From: an uncultured Clostridia bacterium
Lineage (GTDB): Bacteria; Bacillota; Clostridia; Christensenellales; UBA1242
Assembly: GCA_944349535.1 (NCBI GenBank)
Contig: CALVNA010000001.1
Coordinates: 21,325 to 85,324 of the forward strand
Reading direction: 5' to 3'
DNA: 64,000 nt
Below, one piece after another: positions 9,758 through 19,972 of the stretch. The notes beneath the pieces were generated by a model. It saw only the letters and a list, made by a program, of their open reading frames with translations, ran no database searches and was not told the origin of the DNA. Made by a program: the position numbers and the translations under genes. Each line of letters opens with the position of its first letter. The stretch's first letter is position 1.

Positions 9758-9785
9758 AAACCGCAAAACTGCGGTTTTTTATTTT
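9758..9785. terminator. Bidirectional intrinsic terminator
   Basis: AAACCGCA-AAAC-TGCGGTTT hairpin followed by a T-run, between convergent genes. Confidence 0.6.
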
Positions 9786-10494
9786 AATATGCCACAATTT
9801 CAACTATTGCTTCAATTTCAATCTTGCTGTTGAAAAGTTCTTGCGACATACCTTGATAATAGCTTTGATATTTGCTGTCACACTGATAAGAGCACTCTTC
9901 TTTAAACTTTAAAACAGAAATCTCTTCTTTGCCAAGAAGCTTTTTCGCTTTTGCCTTTGCACTTTCAATGGCAAGGGAAAGAAGATCGTTATATTTTGAC
10001 TGATAGTCTTTGAGCTTAAAATTTATTGAACTGACTTCGCCGCCAGCCTGATACACCTTTTCAATTGAAGAATCTAAAAGAGAAAGGTCGTCAAGTTGAT
10101 AATTTAAAGTGGTGCAAATGCGAGTTCCGCAGCAATTTGAAAAACCTTCTCGAGTCAGATAGGCGCTTGAATAAGAAATTTCAATATTGTCTTTTGAAAC
10201 CCCCTCTTGCTCTAAAGCCAAAATAACTTTTTGCAAAAGCTCTTTATTCTTTTCTTTTGAAACATTTTTGTCAAGGTCGAGCGTTTCAACTTGAACATTA
10301 ACGCAAGCGCTGTCTGCGTCAAACTCTTGTTTGCATGAGCCAGTCACAACAACTTTAGTTTGAGCGGTAACTGATTGCTGAGCTTGATCTTGTGCAAAAC
10401 ACTGCATTCCCATCGTAACTTGACCAAATAATAACCCTAGCATTGCAACAAAAACAATCAAAAGCGAAAAAACTTTCAAATTTGCTTTCTTCAT
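9784..10494 (-). CDS. SIMPL/DUF541-like secreted protein
   Basis: Signal peptide MKKANLKVFSLLIVFVAMLGLLFG. The overall pattern (VVVTGSCKQEF..., ...AIESAKAKAKKLLG..., ...IEAIVEIVAY) resembles the SIMPL family. Confidence 0.5.
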   Translation of the reverse strand: MKKANLKVFSLLIVFVAMLGLLFGQVTMGMQCFAQDQAQQSVTAQTKVVVTGSCKQEFDADSACVNVQVETLDLDKNVSKEKNKELLQKVILALEQEGVSKDNIEISYSSAYLTREGFSNCCGTRICTTLNYQLDDLSLLDSSIEKVYQAGGEVSSINFKLKDYQSKYNDLLSLAIESAKAKAKKLLGKEEISVLKFKEECSYQCDSKYQSYYQGMSQELFNSKIEIEAIVEIVAY

Positions 10495-10797
10495 TTCTAC
10501 CTCCTGCTGTTAAGTTGTGAGAAAAACTTAAAAATATTTTCAAAAGACAAAAAAAGACAAAAACATTGTTTTTTCACATCTTTCTCGCAATCTCTGCTGT
10601 TTGCATAGGATTTTTCTTTACTTTTTTTTTGATATTTGTTAAACTTGGTCTATGAACAAAAAAAATCAAAAAACAGTCGAAAAACAGAACAAAGCCAAAA
10701 TAAAAAACACTGCAAACAAATTTAAAACAAGATATTTTGATTTTTACGATGACGTGAAAGATCCTTCGCATAAAATAGTAGATTGGTAGGTGAATAT

Positions 10798-12048
10798 ATG
10801 GAAAAGAAATTGAATATTGGCTTGTTCTGCGACTCTTTTTATCCTATGGTGGATGGGGTTATTCAGGTTGTTGACAATTACGCAAAATATTTAAGTAAAA
10901 ATTGCAACGTGATTGTTTTTGTCCCTAAAGGAAGAAAAAAATATAATGACAATTTTCCTTACAGAGTTGTGCGAAGCAATATTATGAGAGTGTTTTTTTT
11001 GGATTATGACCTGCCCGCCCCAAGCTTTGACCAAAAGTTTAGAAAAATTTTGAAAGATGCAAATCTTGACATTGTTCATATTCATTCGCCTTTTACTCTG
11101 GGTAAGGTTGGGCTTGATTATGCAAAAAAACATCACATACCATGTGTTGCAACAATGCATAGTCAATTCAAAAAAGATTTTAAGCGCAGTGCAAAAACGC
11201 CTTTTTTGGCGCCTGTTGTTGAAATTTTGATGGCTTCAATTAGGGCGATTTTCAACCATACAACAGAAAATTGGGCTGTCAATCAGGAAGTGGGCAGAAT
11301 ATTTTATGAAGAATACAAAATCAAAAACAAACCTCTTGTTATGCTCAACGGCACAGACATGAAACCTTTTGAAGATGAAAAATATTTGACTGAGCTGAAA
11401 AGCGAATATGGAATAAAACCAAATGAAAAAATTTTATTGTTTGTGGGAAGGCTCAATCTTTTGAAAAATCTTGATTTTCTCGTCAAAAGCCTTGAATGTT
11501 TGAAACAAAAAGATTTTAAATTTAAAATGCTTTTTGTTGGAACTGGCCAAGATGAAGAATACATAAAAAAAGAAGTCAAAAAACTAAAGCTTGAAGATGA
11601 AGTTTTGTTTCTTGGCAAAATTACTGACAGAAACAAACTTAGCGCAATTTATGCTCTTGCCGATTTGTTTTTGTTTCCTTCACTTTACGATTGTTCTTCG
11701 CTTGTTCAAATTGAAGCTGCAAGCCAAAAAACTCCTGCTTTGTTTTTGAAAGGAGCCGCAACGGCAGACACTGTTACGGACAACATCAATGGGTATTTAG
11801 CTGAAAATGACAAAGAACTCTATGCTGAAAAAATTATCGAAATTTTTGAAAACGAAACAGAATATCAAAAAGTTTGTCAACAAGCCTTTGATGATCTGTA
11901 TCTGCCATGGCCAAAAGTTGTTGAAAAAGCTTACCAAAGATATTTGTTTTTGATTGAAAAAGTCAAAAAAGAAAATGAAGAAAAAGCTTTAAAAAAATAT
12001 GCGAAAAAGCAAAAAAGAAAACAGAGGACTATTAAAAATTTGGCATAA
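10798..12048 (+). CDS. Glycosyltransferase family 4 (diacylglycerol glycosyltransferase-like)
   Basis: N-terminus IGLFCDSFYPMVDGV, and C-terminal GT-B features (LFVGRL..., FLFPSLYDCSSLVQIEA). ATG 10798 is preceded by GGTAGGTG. Confidence 0.75.
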   Translation: MEKKLNIGLFCDSFYPMVDGVIQVVDNYAKYLSKNCNVIVFVPKGRKKYNDNFPYRVVRSNIMRVFFLDYDLPAPSFDQKFRKILKDANLDIVHIHSPFTLGKVGLDYAKKHHIPCVATMHSQFKKDFKRSAKTPFLAPVVEILMASIRAIFNHTTENWAVNQEVGRIFYEEYKIKNKPLVMLNGTDMKPFEDEKYLTELKSEYGIKPNEKILLFVGRLNLLKNLDFLVKSLECLKQKDFKFKMLFVGTGQDEEYIKKEVKKLKLEDEVLFLGKITDRNKLSAIYALADLFLFPSLYDCSSLVQIEAASQKTPALFLKGAATADTVTDNINGYLAENDKELYAEKIIEIFENETEYQKVCQQAFDDLYLPWPKVVEKAYQRYLFLIEKVKKENEEKALKKYAKKQKRKQRTIKNLA

Positions 12049-12052
12049 AAAA

Positions 12053-12077
12053 GCTCAAAGAAATCTTTGAGTTTTTT
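12053..12077. terminator. Intrinsic terminator
   Basis: CTCAAAG-AAAT-CTTTGAG hairpin followed by TTTTTT. Confidence 0.55.
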
Positions 12078-12864
12078 ATTTGCAATAAAGCTTTTTTACT
12101 ATAAAATTGACAAGCCTGGTTGGCAAAATTCTTGTCAAAAAACTTACACACTTATATGAAAACCCAACGGTCTTTCGCAGTGGAGGCCTTTTCATGTTTG
12201 CAACTTTCTTTACCACCTTGGCAACACTTTCAGGCCCTTTGCCGCTCAGCTCGTCTTTCTCAACTTTCTTGATGCTTTTGTCAATTCTTTCTCTTTCTTC
12301 CGCTTTTTGTTGCTTGTTTTCCACAATTCTTGCGGTGGTAAAGTTTGTTTTAACATCTCCTGGCAAAATGGCTGTAACCTTGACGCCGCTTCGCTCAAGC
12401 TCGTTTGCCAACGCTCTTGAAAAAATTTCCACACCAGCTTTACTTGCGGAATAAACCGCTTGGTAAGGCAAAGGAACAAGCCCTCCAACTGAAGAAATGT
12501 TGATAATTCTGCCTTTTGACTTTTTAAGATAAGGAATGAAAATTGAGGAAACAGATATGACGGCCGAAAGATTTGTGTCAATCAGCGAATAAATGTTTTG
12601 CGGCGAGCAGTCTTCAACGGCTCCAGCAATGCCAAAACCTGCATTATTGATCAGCAGGTCAATTTTGCCTTCTCGCTCAAAAATCTCTTTGGCGATTTCT
12701 TCAACTTTGAGAAAATCGTTGACGTCAACTTTATAGTTATAAAAAGACCTTTCATTTCCACCCGAACGCGAAAGATTGTAGATCACATATTCTTTTTGTA
12801 ATGTTTTTGCACAGGCTTGGCCTATGCCACTAGAGGCCCCTGTGATTACTGCAACTTTTTTCAT
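12076..12864 (-). CDS. Short-chain dehydrogenase/reductase (SDR) family oxidoreductase
   Basis: TGASSGIG cofactor motif, NNAG, and the YSASK catalytic motif. Confidence 0.85.
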   Translation of the reverse strand: MKKVAVITGASSGIGQACAKTLQKEYVIYNLSRSGGNERSFYNYKVDVNDFLKVEEIAKEIFEREGKIDLLINNAGFGIAGAVEDCSPQNIYSLIDTNLSAVISVSSIFIPYLKKSKGRIINISSVGGLVPLPYQAVYSASKAGVEIFSRALANELERSGVKVTAILPGDVKTNFTTARIVENKQQKAEERERIDKSIKKVEKDELSGKGPESVAKVVKKVANMKRPPLRKTVGFSYKCVSFLTRILPTRLVNFIVKKLYCK

Positions 12865-13736
12865 TCTTCAAGCACCCTTGAAGTTGCCACTGCAAGTGCA
12901 CCGTCTCCAATGTGGCAAGCGACAGAAAGCGAAAGCGGATCAATATATGTCAGTGGCACATTTGGAATTGCTTTTCGCACTTCTTCTGCAAAAGCTTGTG
13001 CTTTTTCTTGACAATTTGTATGAGCAATATAAAGTCGCATTCGTCCCTTTTTTACAAAGTCTTTAAAACGTGTTTCGAAGTCTTTTTTGACAGCTTCAAT
13101 CATTTTGTTTCGAGCAACTTTTTCGTTTAACACTTTGGCAAATTGATCAAGTTTTCCACCTTGGATTTGAAGAACGGGCTTAATTTTCAAAAGCGTGCCG
13201 ATCGCAGCAGCTGCAGGAGTGATTCTTCCGCCTTTTTTAAGATACTTAAGAGTTGAAACCATGATGTAAATGCTGCTGTTTTTCTTATTGTCTTCAAGAG
13301 CTTCTTTTATTTGCTTTGCATCAAAACCTTTTTTGGCAAGTTTGAGAGCATCAAAAACAGACTCTTTAAGCGTTACAGAAATTGCATGGTTGTCAACAAC
13401 TTGAACTTTTCCATCAAATTGTTTAGCAAAATTTTTGGCTGTTTCACACGACATACTAAGAGCACTTGACATTGGAATATGCACCACTTGATCATATTTT
13501 TTCAAAAGTTTTTCCCACAGCTCAACAATATCGCCAATGGCTGGCTGTGATGTTGAAATATCTTCGTTTGAAAGAAGTTTTTGATAAAATTCTTCTTGCG
13601 AAAGGTTGATGTCTTCAAAATATTCTTCTTCCCCTATAGTGAAAGGCATTGGGATAACATAAAGTCCTTCGTAATCTTTTACTTGGCTTTGAGTAATGCC
13701 AGAATTGCTGTCGGTAACTATTGCAACTTTTTTCAT
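12861..13736 (-). CDS. DegV-family fatty-acid-binding protein
   Basis: MKKVAIVTDSNSGI..., ...STLKYLKKGGRI... ATGA overlap with the downstream SDR gene. Start set at ATG 13736. Confidence 0.8.
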   Translation of the reverse strand: MKKVAIVTDSNSGITQSQVKDYEGLYVIPMPFTIGEEEYFEDINLSQEEFYQKLLSNEDISTSQPAIGDIVELWEKLLKKYDQVVHIPMSSALSMSCETAKNFAKQFDGKVQVVDNHAISVTLKESVFDALKLAKKGFDAKQIKEALEDNKKNSSIYIMVSTLKYLKKGGRITPAAAAIGTLLKIKPVLQIQGGKLDQFAKVLNEKVARNKMIEAVKKDFETRFKDFVKKGRMRLYIAHTNCQEKAQAFAEEVRKAIPNVPLTYIDPLSLSVACHIGDGALAVATSRVLEE

Positions 13737-13855
13737 AAATCCATCCTTTTTAGTATTATTTTTCATGTGATTGACACAAGCAAATCACACAACCTATTAT
13801 ACATAAAAGCCTTGTTTTTGCAAAATAAAAAAACGCGATTTGCGTTTTTATATTT

Positions 13856-14089
13856 TCAATCAATCCACAAAATTTTGTTTGCAACAATGAGTGAAATAAT
13901 GTCAACAAGCCACATGAATGGAATTCCTACGATAATCAGAAGAATGCCGAGAACTATTCCCAAAACACTTCCTTTGTCGATAGAACGTGCAAGCCGATAA
14001 ACATTCCAAACAATGTCCAAAAATGGCAATGCAAGAATTATTTTAATCCAAAGTGCAAGTCCGTCCATCCCTTTGATAAAACTTTTCAT
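13856..14089 (-). CDS. Small membrane protein (77 aa, 2 TM), function unknown
   Basis: Complete ORF with RBS AAGGAGGGATT. Two hydrophobic helices. Confidence 0.5.
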   Translation of the reverse strand: MKSFIKGMDGLALWIKIILALPFLDIVWNVYRLARSIDKGSVLGIVLGILLIIVGIPFMWLVDIISLIVANKILWID

Positions 14090-14292
14090 AATCCCTCCTT
14101 ATCACTTGTATTATATGCGTAATATTTTTTTTAGTAAACAAAATATTGTCTTTTTTTGGCGAAAAACAATTTAATTTGATTTAACATTTAATTTCAAAAT
14201 AAAGATTGACTTTTTCAAAGAAAAAGATTAGAATAAAGTGTGCGTATGAATTTTGAAAACGCGAAACGGGAGATAAACTTTTAACGTTTTAT

Positions 14293-14378
14293 GCGGAAGT
14301 GGCGAATCCGGGGTCCCCAAAAATACTGCAAGTTTTTGGGGTGGTAGTGGCAGACGCGAAGGTTTTGAAACCTGCGCG
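14293..14378 (+). pseudogene. Degenerate partial copy of the tRNA-Leu 5' half with an inserted perfect hairpin
   Basis: ATGCGGAAGTGGCGAA (14291-14306) repeats 14423-14438. TGGCAGACGCG (14348-14358) repeats 14440-14450. Between them lies CCCCAAAAA-N9-TTTTTGGGG. There is no T-arm or 3' acceptor strand. Confidence 0.6.
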
Positions 14379-14424
14379 AAAACGAAATATATTTTTTGAT
14401 AAAATATGTTTCTCAATTTAATAT

Positions 14425-14510
14425 GCGGAAGTGGCGAAATGGCAGACGCGCAGGTTTCAGGTACCTGTGGTAGCAATACCTTGTGAGTTCGACTCTCATC
14501 TTCCGCACCA
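14425..14510 (+). tRNA. tRNA-Leu (anticodon CAG), type II with long variable arm, CCA encoded
   Basis: Hand-folded. Acceptor GCGGAAG/CTTCCGC, anticodon arm CAGGT-TTCAGGT-ACCTG, T-arm GTGAG-TTCGACT-CTCAT, 3' ACCA. Confidence 0.85.
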
Positions 14511-14580
14511 AAAAATTTGCCGAAACATTAGACTGGCAAAAAAACAAAGGCGTTGACAAGACATCTTTTGCTCAAAAACA

Positions 14581-14607
14581 AAAACTAGCATAATTTTTGC
14601 TAGTTTT
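14581..14607. terminator. Bidirectional terminator (tRNA-Leu / tilS)
   Basis: AAAACTAGCA-TAATTTT-TGCTAGTTTT, a perfect 10-bp stem. Confidence 0.65.
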
Positions 14608-14608
14608 T

Positions 14609-15940
14609 TTAATCTTTTTTCACTTCAATCATATATGCAGTTGGCACATTTTCCACTTTTACCTTTTCTGAAATTTCAACACCGGCAATAGCATAAATCT
14701 CGTTTCCGTCTGCAAGCACAGGCAAGATGTTTCGAATGCGGAGTGGAATTTTTTTGTCAATCAGATACGATTTTAATTTTTTGCTGCCGCCACCAAATTT
14801 TTCAAAAACATCCCCTTCTTGTCTGAATCGCCAAGTTGCAGTTTTTGGCACTTTGCGATAGTCAACATAAAGAACTCCTGGCTTTGCTTGAAAATCTTTG
14901 ACTCGTTTTACGCAAACCTTGCCAAAACCTTCGACTTCAAATTCTCCACATTTAAACGGTTGCTCCAACGTCTGTTCGTCTTTATGTTTATTGACAATAG
15001 CAACATAGTCATATTCTTTGATTGCAACAGCATCAAAAGGCAAACTGATTCGTTTTCCGTTTTCCATTTTTGCAAGGTCCAAAATCATGTCTATATGCTT
15101 TCTTTCAATATCTTTGGTGATGCCAATATTGCTAAGCGCTCTGAAAATTATGCGAGTGATAAGCGGTCTGTCAAAAAAGAAATAGCTTGTTGGAATTTTT
15201 GCTTCATCGCCATCGATAATCACAGCATCAGCAAAAAGATTTTTGTTGATATACTGATCGTCTTCGCTGACCGCCTGACCAAAAGACGCGATTGCTTTGA
15301 CTGCGTTTGGCCATCTTGTCAAAACGTTTTTCATGATCACATTTCGAATAAAATTTCGATTGTAAGTTGAATCAAAATTTGTTTCATCGTTGACATAGTC
15401 AAGATTGTTGTCTTCAATATATTGCAAAATCTCTTGCTTTGTGGTGCTCAGCATTGGTCTGATATACACATTGTCTCTGATAGGCTCCATTCCTTTTGCG
15501 CCAGACACTCCACTGCCTCTAAAAATGTGCATCAGAATAGTCTCTGCCTGATCTTGCATATGATGAGCAAGAGCAATTTTGTCAACAAGACCTTTTCTGA
15601 GCAACGTTTTAAAAACGCCGTAACGAGCATCTCTTGCAGCCGACTCAATGCTTATGTTTTTTTCTTTTGCAATTTTTGGCGCATCAACTCTGAACTTATA
15701 AAATCTGACGCCAAGCTCTTTTGCTTTTTCTTTTGCAAAGTCTGCATCAACATAACTGTTTTCTCTTATTCCATGGTCAATGTGAATTGCAACAACTTCG
15801 ATATCATATTTTTGCTGATTGCTTGCCAAAAAATGAAGAAGCGCCATTGAATCGCTGCCACCACTAAAGCCAACACCAATCACATCGCCTGGCATTATCA
15901 TTTTTGTCTTGTCAATAAAAGTCTCAATACTGTTTTGCAT
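14609..15940 (-). CDS. tilS: tRNA(Ile)-lysidine synthase
   Basis: PP-loop SGGSDS (GVGFSGGSDSMALLHFL), 443 aa. Lies downstream of spoIIE as in Bacillus. Confidence 0.9.
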   Translation of the reverse strand: MQNSIETFIDKTKMIMPGDVIGVGFSGGSDSMALLHFLASNQQKYDIEVVAIHIDHGIRENSYVDADFAKEKAKELGVRFYKFRVDAPKIAKEKNISIESAARDARYGVFKTLLRKGLVDKIALAHHMQDQAETILMHIFRGSGVSGAKGMEPIRDNVYIRPMLSTTKQEILQYIEDNNLDYVNDETNFDSTYNRNFIRNVIMKNVLTRWPNAVKAIASFGQAVSEDDQYINKNLFADAVIIDGDEAKIPTSYFFFDRPLITRIIFRALSNIGITKDIERKHIDMILDLAKMENGKRISLPFDAVAIKEYDYVAIVNKHKDEQTLEQPFKCGEFEVEGFGKVCVKRVKDFQAKPGVLYVDYRKVPKTATWRFRQEGDVFEKFGGGSKKLKSYLIDKKIPLRIRNILPVLADGNEIYAIAGVEISEKVKVENVPTAYMIEVKKD

Positions 15941-16090
15941 CTTGTCTCCTTAAAATAGTCATTTTTTGCAAAACATATTATACACTAAAAATTAGATCTA
16001 AGCAATAGTAAAATATGAAAAAAACAAATAATTTGCATTTTTAAACAATTTTTTTTCGTAAAATCTGCTTGAAAACTTAAAATTTTTAAA

Positions 16091-18367
16091 TTAAAAAATT
16101 TTTACCACCAAACAAGTCATATCATCGACTGCGTAGCCATTGTTGTTTGCAAGAGCTTTGTCAACCACGCTTTGAGCAAACTCTTGTGGGTTTGTTGTTT
16201 TGATTGTCAGCAAAAAATCTCGATAGTCATTATCGCTGCCAAACGAGTCATTGACACCATCGCTTGAAAGCACAATGAAATCTTTTTCAGAAAGCACAAC
16301 TTTTTTGACCAAAGGTTTTGCTTCTTGAATCACTCCAATAGGCAAAGCTCCACTTTCAAGCACCTGGCAACCGTCTTCGCTTCTGACAAATGAAGCTGTG
16401 GCGCCCATCTTTACAAAATCTGCAATGCCGCTTTTAAGATCGACCACGCAAATATCAATGGTTGAAAACATTTCATCTTTTTCAAGGTTGAGAAGTTTGT
16501 TGACTGAAGACAAAATGATTTCGTTGTCAAAGCCTGCCTTGTAAAAATTTTCAACAAGACCTATGGCCGTTTCTGACTTTTCTTTCGCCTGCTCTCCACT
16601 GCCCATGCCGTCGCAGATGGCAAACATAAATTTGTCGCCGTCAAGCCTTTCAATGCTATGACAATCGCCTGACTGAGCTGAGCCCGATTTGTTTTGCTGA
16701 GCAATGCCAAAAATGCAGTCGTATCTTGGAGCCGTTTTTAAATTGACAGTTGTGAGCCCTGCTTTTGTCGATGGATAGGTCTCATAAATTGCCATATTGT
16801 TGCCGCAGACTTTTGAAACCACCGATTGAAGCTTTGTTTTGATCACATCTTCGTCTCTTACAACCAGTGATGCAATCATCGTTCTTGCGTTTTTGTCATA
16901 CACCACCGCATCAGCACAAGCAATATTGTTGAAGGCTAGCTCATCAATCAATTCTGTTTCTTTGTGATTGTCAAAAGTCAGAATTGGCTCAACCTCTTTT
17001 GACAGATCTTTCATAAGGCCAGCAACTCCTGCAAGTTGATCAGAAATCAACAGTTTGCTGGTGTCAACATTGCCCACCAGCTGACTGTATGATTTATATT
17101 GACTCGTCAAGGTGTTTATTTGGCTGATAAGCATATTGGCCTTGCCACAACGAGAGGTCAAATAGCTTGGCAAATCCAGTATTGTTATGCGACCTTTTTC
17201 AAGAGCTATTGTGACCAATTCTTCAAAAACCTGTTTTGTGTCATTTGAAAAAGTGCGATGACAATGTTTTTCTTCTGGACAATTTTTGCAAATTGTCGAG
17301 CGCAATTCATTATACAGCATTTCTTTGACTTGCTCTGGGCTAAGCTCTGACTTAATCAGCTTTTTAAAAACACTGTTCATCTCAAAAAACACTTCTGAAA
17401 GATTGTCAAGTCTGCGATGAAGCATTTCTCGGTTTCTGTTGATCAGATTTTTCACAGCAACTTTTTGACCGGACGTATTAAACAGTGCGCCAATTTCTTG
17501 ATACCACTTTGATGGAATAGCATAAAAAACAAGGCAAGAAATCAAAACTGGTAAAATTTCAATAATGCCAAAGGTGTAGTATAGCCTAAAATAAAATCCG
17601 CAAATCAGTTCTGCAGCAACAAGTCCAATCACTGAAAAGATGCGATTTTTGGTGGTGAAGATGCTGGCAAACAATGACCACAGCATAAGTGGAGCGAAAT
17701 ATATTGGATTGTTTGAAGAAAGCATACTGCCAAAAGCAATCAGTCCAGCCACAAGCAAGCCAGACCGTGAAGAGCTGGTATAAATAAAGGCAAGAATCAA
17801 AAAACTTGCAAACAACTTCAAGAAAGAAAAAGAAGAAAGGTTGAAATTGTTTAGCCCTGCCGAAAACGCAACAAGAAGAATGCAGGCACAAACCATTTCA
17901 AAATTTGAAAACTTGAAGGCTGTTCCCCGAATGAGCAAAGGCTCAAAAATTGTGATGGCGCTGTAACAAAAAGCAATCGCTGTAAGAAGGTTTATTACAA
18001 TCAAAATTGGGTTGACCCCGCCAAGCGCCTGAAAACAAATGCTTGCCGTTTGACTGACCGCCAGGCACAAAAAAAGCTCCCATTTTTTCATTCCTTTTTT
18101 ACACAAAACATGCACGTAATAAGGCAGCACGAGGGCAAAAATTGTTACAAGAGTGCAAATTGCGTTTTGAAGCGTAAACTGATTGACAAGAGCTGAAATA
18201 ATGTACGCTGGCGACAAAAGCCAAACTTTTTGATTTGCCCAGGCAAGAGCAAAAAGCATAGCAAACGAAAACGGATAAATAAGTCCAGCAATTGACGCAA
18301 GATTTAAAACATAAAATAAAATTATGTAAGCAAGAAATTGAGCAAAAAAGAAAAGCTTTGTTTTCAT
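16091..18367 (-). CDS. spoIIE: Stage II sporulation protein E (membrane PP2C phosphatase)
   Basis: About 10 N-terminal TM segments plus a C-terminal PP2C domain (FAICDGMGSG..., ...VLSSDGVNDSF..., ...DDMTCLVVKI). ATG 18367 is preceded by GGAG. Confidence 0.85.
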   Translation of the reverse strand: MKTKLFFFAQFLAYIILFYVLNLASIAGLIYPFSFAMLFALAWANQKVWLLSPAYIISALVNQFTLQNAICTLVTIFALVLPYYVHVLCKKGMKKWELFLCLAVSQTASICFQALGGVNPILIVINLLTAIAFCYSAITIFEPLLIRGTAFKFSNFEMVCACILLVAFSAGLNNFNLSSFSFLKLFASFLILAFIYTSSSRSGLLVAGLIAFGSMLSSNNPIYFAPLMLWSLFASIFTTKNRIFSVIGLVAAELICGFYFRLYYTFGIIEILPVLISCLVFYAIPSKWYQEIGALFNTSGQKVAVKNLINRNREMLHRRLDNLSEVFFEMNSVFKKLIKSELSPEQVKEMLYNELRSTICKNCPEEKHCHRTFSNDTKQVFEELVTIALEKGRITILDLPSYLTSRCGKANMLISQINTLTSQYKSYSQLVGNVDTSKLLISDQLAGVAGLMKDLSKEVEPILTFDNHKETELIDELAFNNIACADAVVYDKNARTMIASLVVRDEDVIKTKLQSVVSKVCGNNMAIYETYPSTKAGLTTVNLKTAPRYDCIFGIAQQNKSGSAQSGDCHSIERLDGDKFMFAICDGMGSGEQAKEKSETAIGLVENFYKAGFDNEIILSSVNKLLNLEKDEMFSTIDICVVDLKSGIADFVKMGATASFVRSEDGCQVLESGALPIGVIQEAKPLVKKVVLSEKDFIVLSSDGVNDSFGSDNDYRDFLLTIKTTNPQEFAQSVVDKALANNNGYAVDDMTCLVVKIF

Positions 18368-18400
18368 AAAATCTCCATGCTTCAATTATAAAAAACTGTT

Positions 18401-18436
18401 TAAAAAAGACATAGTCGATTGCTGTCAGACTATGTC
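18401..18436 (-). terminator. Intrinsic terminator after the guanylate-kinase-like gene
   Basis: GACATAGTC-N11-GACTATGTC inverted repeat followed by a T-run on the minus strand. Confidence 0.55.
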
Positions 18437-18454
18437 GAAGTTTGCAGAAAATGG

Positions 18455-19003
18455 TCAATTGTGCTCGTCAACAACCTCTAAAATTTTTTTGACCGTTTGA
18501 CTTAAGTCATTGTTTTCAATAACAAGATCGTAATCTTTTTTATAAGTTCTTTCCATTGGTGCTCTTGAAAGCCTAAGTTTTATCTGCTGATCACTTTCGC
18601 CTCTTTTCTTCAAACGCCTTTCAAGCTCTTTATCGTCCGCTTCAAGAAAGATTGACAAGATGTTTTTGTTGTGAAAAAATTTTCGCAGTTTCTGATTGCC
18701 TTTGACATCAATATCTCGAATATAATGATGTTTTTCATCCGTTTTTGCTTTTTCAAGTTCATCTTTTAAAATTCCTCTGTAAGAGTTATGCAAAAACTCA
18801 TATTCAAAAAAAGCTCCTTCTTCAACTTTTTTTAAAAAGTCTTCTGGCGAAACGAAAATATAAAAACCTTTTTGCTCTTCATTTTCTCTTGGCGGTCTGG
18901 TGATAGCAGAGCGAAAAACTTTAAAATCTTTTCGCGTTTTCAAAATTTCTTCAATCACAGTGTTTTTTCCGCTTCCTGAAACACCAGAAAGAACTATAAG
19001 CAT
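18455..19003 (-). CDS. Guanylate kinase family protein
   Basis: P-loop LSGVSGSGKNT, and ITRPPRENEEQKGFYIFVSPEDF, which is typical of GMP kinases. Confidence 0.65.
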   Translation of the reverse strand: MLIVLSGVSGSGKNTVIEEILKTRKDFKVFRSAITRPPRENEEQKGFYIFVSPEDFLKKVEEGAFFEYEFLHNSYRGILKDELEKAKTDEKHHYIRDIDVKGNQKLRKFFHNKNILSIFLEADDKELERRLKKRGESDQQIKLRLSRAPMERTYKKDYDLVIENNDLSQTVKKILEVVDEHN

Positions 19004-19165
19004 TTTGCCTCCTTTGCACTGAATGGTTTTGCTTTTGTGATGGGTTAAAACTCAAAAAGCAAAATCTTTCCTCGACTTTTATTCTGTTTCTTTTCATAAG
19101 TATAAAAAAATTGCAAAGTTTTGTCAAACTCAAAACTTGCAATTTGAAAATTAACCATTTTAAAA

Positions 19166-19855
19166 TCACATATCAAAAAAATTGATTATGCCATAGAGCA
19201 GGCTGTAACAAAAACTTTTTCGATACTGCTCTGTTTGCAAAAGTTTTTCTTCTTCTGGGTTTGACAAAAAACCGCATTCAACAAGACAGGCGGGAATTTC
19301 TGAATAATTGAGCACGAAATAGTCGCCAACACTGACGCAATCTCTTGCGTTTTCAAAACTTTGGCTTAGCGAGGTTTGAACGCTTTTTGCAAGTTCAAAA
19401 CCCAGCCCTGAACCTTTTGCATAAAAAACTTGAGCGCCTGAACTTGAAGGAAGCGGAAAAGCGTTCATGTGAAGACTGATCATAAGGTCGGCGCCTGAAT
19501 TGTTTATGATATTTTTTCGCTTTTCCATCTCGCTTTTCTTTTTATTTGGGGCGCTTTCGTCATATAGTCCATCCATTGTTGATCTTGTAAGCACAACATC
19601 AAACCCAAATTGTTGACAAAGCTCTTTGAGCTCTAAGGCATATTCAAGATTAAGCTTGCTTTCAGTTACGCCTGTGGTTTTGCCAACAGCGCCCCCGTCT
19701 CTTCCGCCGTGCCCTGCATCAATCACAATGGAGTGCTGCGCTCTCGGCGAACTTGTCGCCCTAACTGCAAAACAGACCCCAACACCAAAGCAAAGCAAAA
19801 TTATGCCTGACAAGATAACACACAATGTGCGCTTTTTTACGGTTATAAATTTCAT
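19166..19855 (-). CDS. cwlD: N-acetylmuramoyl-L-alanine amidase, CwlD-like (Amidase_3)
   Basis: N-terminal TM, IVIDAGHGGRDGGAVG, ADLMISLHMNAF, GAQVFY, LVECGFLSNPEE. Length and architecture match germination-specific CwlD. Confidence 0.75.
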   Translation of the reverse strand: MKFITVKKRTLCVILSGIILLCFGVGVCFAVRATSSPRAQHSIVIDAGHGGRDGGAVGKTTGVTESKLNLEYALELKELCQQFGFDVVLTRSTMDGLYDESAPNKKKSEMEKRKNIINNSGADLMISLHMNAFPLPSSSGAQVFYAKGSGLGFELAKSVQTSLSQSFENARDCVSVGDYFVLNYSEIPACLVECGFLSNPEEEKLLQTEQYRKSFCYSLLYGIINFFDM

Positions 19856-19972
19856 ATGGTATTTTATTAGACAATATGATTATATATAACAAAAAAGTTG
19901 GCACTAAACATTGAAAACACAAAAATTTAGGTGTTATTCTTTTTTTGTATTTAAAATAAGAGGAGATTTAAA

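Noticed and set aside
14228-14476. 82-aa minus-strand ORF.
   Set aside because: It overlaps the tRNA-Leu gene and its degenerate upstream copy, so it is a chance open frame.
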